Shown here: piece after piece, positions 62,601-64,000 of the stretch | Layout: every line of letters begins with the position of its first letter | How positions within the stretch are numbered: the first letter of the stretch is position 1 | Origin: an uncultured Verrucomicrobiota bacterium | GTDB taxonomy: Bacteria > Auribacterota > JABMQX01 | NCBI GenBank assembly: GCA_964640185.1 | Contig: CAZXGF010000005.1 | Coordinates: forward strand, 1-64,000 | Length of the DNA stretch: 64,000 nt | Reading direction: 5' to 3' | Position numbers and translations under genes: made by a program | The notes under the pieces: model-generated | Database searches by the model: none | Told to the model about the DNA's origin: nothing | Seen by the model: the letters and a program-made list of their open reading frames with translations, nothing else

Positions 62601-63398
62601 TTTCCAATTGTCGTGGATGTTGTTATTCCGCGTGGGGTCTATCAACTCGAGAGAGGATCCCATCCCGTCCGCCCGCGTGTCCCACGGGAGATCGTCGTCG
62701 TAGTCAACGCTGTCCACGATCTTCTGCTCCGGGGAACCATCCACCAGCTCCAGAAGCTCCCCTCCGTTGTCCAGCTTCCCCTCATAAAGCCCGCACACCA
62801 TGACGTCGCCGGAGATACACTTCGAATCTCTAATCACCACAAGATACCGCCCCGCCGGCAAAACAGTCCCCTCCTTGAAAGTGTACTGCATGCCTTTGAC
62901 GAAGGAGAAGCCAGACAGGTCAATCGGCGTATCCCCGTAGTTGTAAAGCTCAACGTATTCGCCTTTTTGCTCCGGATCATCAAGGGGATTGTACATGATC
63001 TCGTTGATAACCAGCTTCAGCGGAGCGGGATAGGAAACAAGACGGAAGAACAGCCGCTCCACGCCGGCCTCCACGGCATCTTCCCAGGGTGGGCTTACAT
63101 CATCAACCTCGGTCCACGACTCGCCCGGCGGCAACCTGTGCCCAAACTGAACGCCGTACTTCTCCCCGGCACGAACGTCCCATTGCAGGACAATGCTTCC
63201 GTGGTCCATCAGCACAGACGTGATCTCCGTCTCGCTCCCGGCGAGAGGCCGGTCGCCATCACACCAGACCACACAAGGAAGCATCAACAATAAACTTGCG
63301 ACAAAAAACGGGAAGTCTGATTTTACCTTCACAAAAAACCTTGCGAGCGAGAAAAACATCACAGGCACACTCGCTTTCGGCTGAGCTCTCAATTGCAC
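59697..63398 (-). CDS. Giant secreted CotH kinase-family protein with two lamin-tail domains. The start is probably the internal Met at about 63356
   Basis: LVINEIMYNP...YVELYN and VKINEIMYHP...FVEVFN are lamin-tail domains. The C-terminal region NINLNSANHYGFTGYEE...KYQGFFFQIESPGEEFLEAHLG is CotH. Confidence 0.8.
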   Translation of the reverse strand: MQLRAQPKASVPVMFFSLARFFVKVKSDFPFFVASLLLMLPCVVWCDGDRPLAGSETEITSVLMDHGSIVLQWDVRAGEKYGVQFGHRLPPGESWTEVDDVSPPWEDAVEAGVERLFFRLVSYPAPLKLVINEIMYNPLDDPEQKGEYVELYNYGDTPIDLSGFSFVKGMQYTFKEGTVLPAGRYLVVIRDSKCISGDVMVCGLYEGKLDNGGELLELVDGSPEQKIVDSVDYDDDLPWDTRADGMGSSLELIDPTRNNNIHDNWKASQPLGGGGTPGEPNSVMDYETAPFLCQHSRDPNEPTSSETISIRMKVTDNDSITSVTLTYNDGGGEQTVPMLDDGEHGDLAADDSFYGAVIGPFPDKTTVSYTLEATDNLGQVSTHPEDAPEEVKLLYVNNNYLRDRFVKINEIMYHPPKDAAGLEDAEFVEVFNTATEPVDITGWRLSSGVNFAFPEKVLAGGEYAVVCLSRKKVATAYGLSEEVLLGDYAGRLANGGEKINLRNKNDVVIESVEYDDLFPWTVAADGYGYSLERIDITADANSPRTWGAAAPATQDPTEAVWRFFETVGTPTTSRLYLYLTGSGRCLIDDVELVPVKGSGNVLSNGGFESGSSGWQKVGSQDFAIESEARPGSAGSSCLKIISSGVGSGSGNAVYQDGIPVSYTRRYRLSFWAKWVSGTSQFTTRFSGATGKVDDPLLESFDLNPSSLTDPYSFASPGRPSHVVECPPPPIVTEITHSPSQPRETDDVKIEAALTPCPEISSVALDVIINDESTVLPMFDDGVNGGDAVAADDTYTATVSGQPAYTIVRYRILIEGPDGELGRSPRVQAPGESYAYYVEGEVDSVASPNPIYSLYVKPSDLSLIASYAQLQDPANPNWNKTVPGTFICEGEVYDVQVRHRGSRWCRPWGNGKMSFKVKFPRYRQFHGFPNINLNSANHYGFTGYEESLAFEIFRRAGVAAPMTNFARLNINGKYQGFFFQIESPGEEFLEAHLGEEGDLFKSMGDPLGRFPYDWGDWRPLSSLQKYEDVYPRKSRIYDSHECLKDVIEAMREAYNTSPSVLQDFLEDNFDMERTLSYIATAAWIGVWDEAFHNFFAYRDTAGKWKVLPWDTDGCFGANGSSRSTSSIFVGEHDNRDNRSGWSNELKHYIFSVPALRKEYVLRLEYLNKFVFTPNKLKSYVEDLEPWVTEDAADDPFGWSRSPAAELEDVELFVEQRHENIEMQVETEKRKSYFQ

Positions 63399-63399
63399 C

Positions 63400-64000
63400 T
63401 ACCCTTATCGCATATCATCCCTTCCGGATCCGTATATATTCTCGCATACTTTCGTCGCTTAGTCAACGGGTGCGGGGTGTGGCCGCATCTCCCTGGCACG
63501 CTGTCACGCCTCGTTTTCAACCTCTCCCGTCGCACGTTTACGCCGTGCCTCTGTCCCTCTGTCATACAACGGAAAAGGCCACCGCCTCCGTATGGCCTCA
63601 GTCTCGGGCGGATACCCCGCCTTCTCGGTGGAGAGAAAAAGGGAAGAGAAGGGTAACGCAAAGGCGCAGAGACGGACCGTAACGCCGGCATCTTGACGGC
63701 TATGTCTCAGGGGACTGCCCAGCCCCCTCCGAGGCCGGGACCTCTTGGCGAGAGAATACGGGAGTGAGGAGACCTCTCGCAAAGGCGCGAGGGATGTAGG
63801 AAAAAATCGTGGGTGAGACGCCCTCGGGACTGCCGCCGAGACGGCGGCCGGCAGACGCGAATGCCGTGGCATCGTGGCGCACGGGCGTCCCGCCAGTGCT
63901 TGGCGTGCGGCCCGGCCTGTGGGTTCGTTGCCGGCGCCCCTGTTAGGCACGGGCTTCAGCCCTGCTTCAGCGGGGTCAGGGGCTTTAGCCATTTTCACCG
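63400..64000. repeat. Repeat island of hairpin modules (ggcacgggcttcagcc...gctttagcc) continuing across the window edge and matching 1-600
   Basis: The 63935-63975 string gttaggcacgggcttcagcc matches 20-45. Confidence 0.6.

Overview
This is a GC-rich bacterial chromosomal segment. The gene content suggests a Planctomycetes/Verrucomicrobia-like or candidate-phylum organism (DUF1559 H-X9-DG pseudopilin, many large secreted proteins, sigma-54 regulation). All calls are from reading the sequence and the ORF track by eye; no database search, HMM or folding program was run. Housekeeping genes are dense: VTC/DUF4956 pair, SpoIID, queH, ruvAB, trpB2-like, purH, purB, pyrD, flotillin/NfeD, a PdxA2/OtnK/class-II-aldolase tetronate cluster, and an NtrC-type regulator. 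They are interleaved with an unusually large load of short mosaic repeats. Two MITE-like families have terminal inverted repeats. Many palindromic hairpin modules carry CTGAAGC-type loops. Heptanucleotide (GATTGCG)n arrays are also present. The items most worth a second look are: (1) an orphan proteasome-family Ntn-hydrolase gene (HslV/20S-beta-like N-terminal Thr, no HslU) leading a four-gene operon with two membrane proteins and a zinc ribbon. (2) A complete N-type (Na+-type) ATPase operon in the order atpD-atpC-atpQ-atpR-atpB-atpE-atpF-atpA-atpG. Its c subunit carries the full Na+-binding signature. It has a b-delta fusion and an alpha subunit with a long Lys/Glu-rich tail. The operon is physically interrupted twice, by a MITE and by a 23S-IVS-type four-helix-bundle gene cassette flanked by heptad repeats. 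(3) A decayed ParE/antitoxin pair with an in-frame amber stop in the antitoxin and a homopolymer frameshift in the toxin. (4) A truncated tRNA-Arg(TCT) 5' half abutting nested MITEs. (5) A roughly 65-aa terminal domain ending in KFYR/FFRL that is shared by three large secreted proteins. (6) Two perfect sigma-54 promoters, one of which has no gene downstream.
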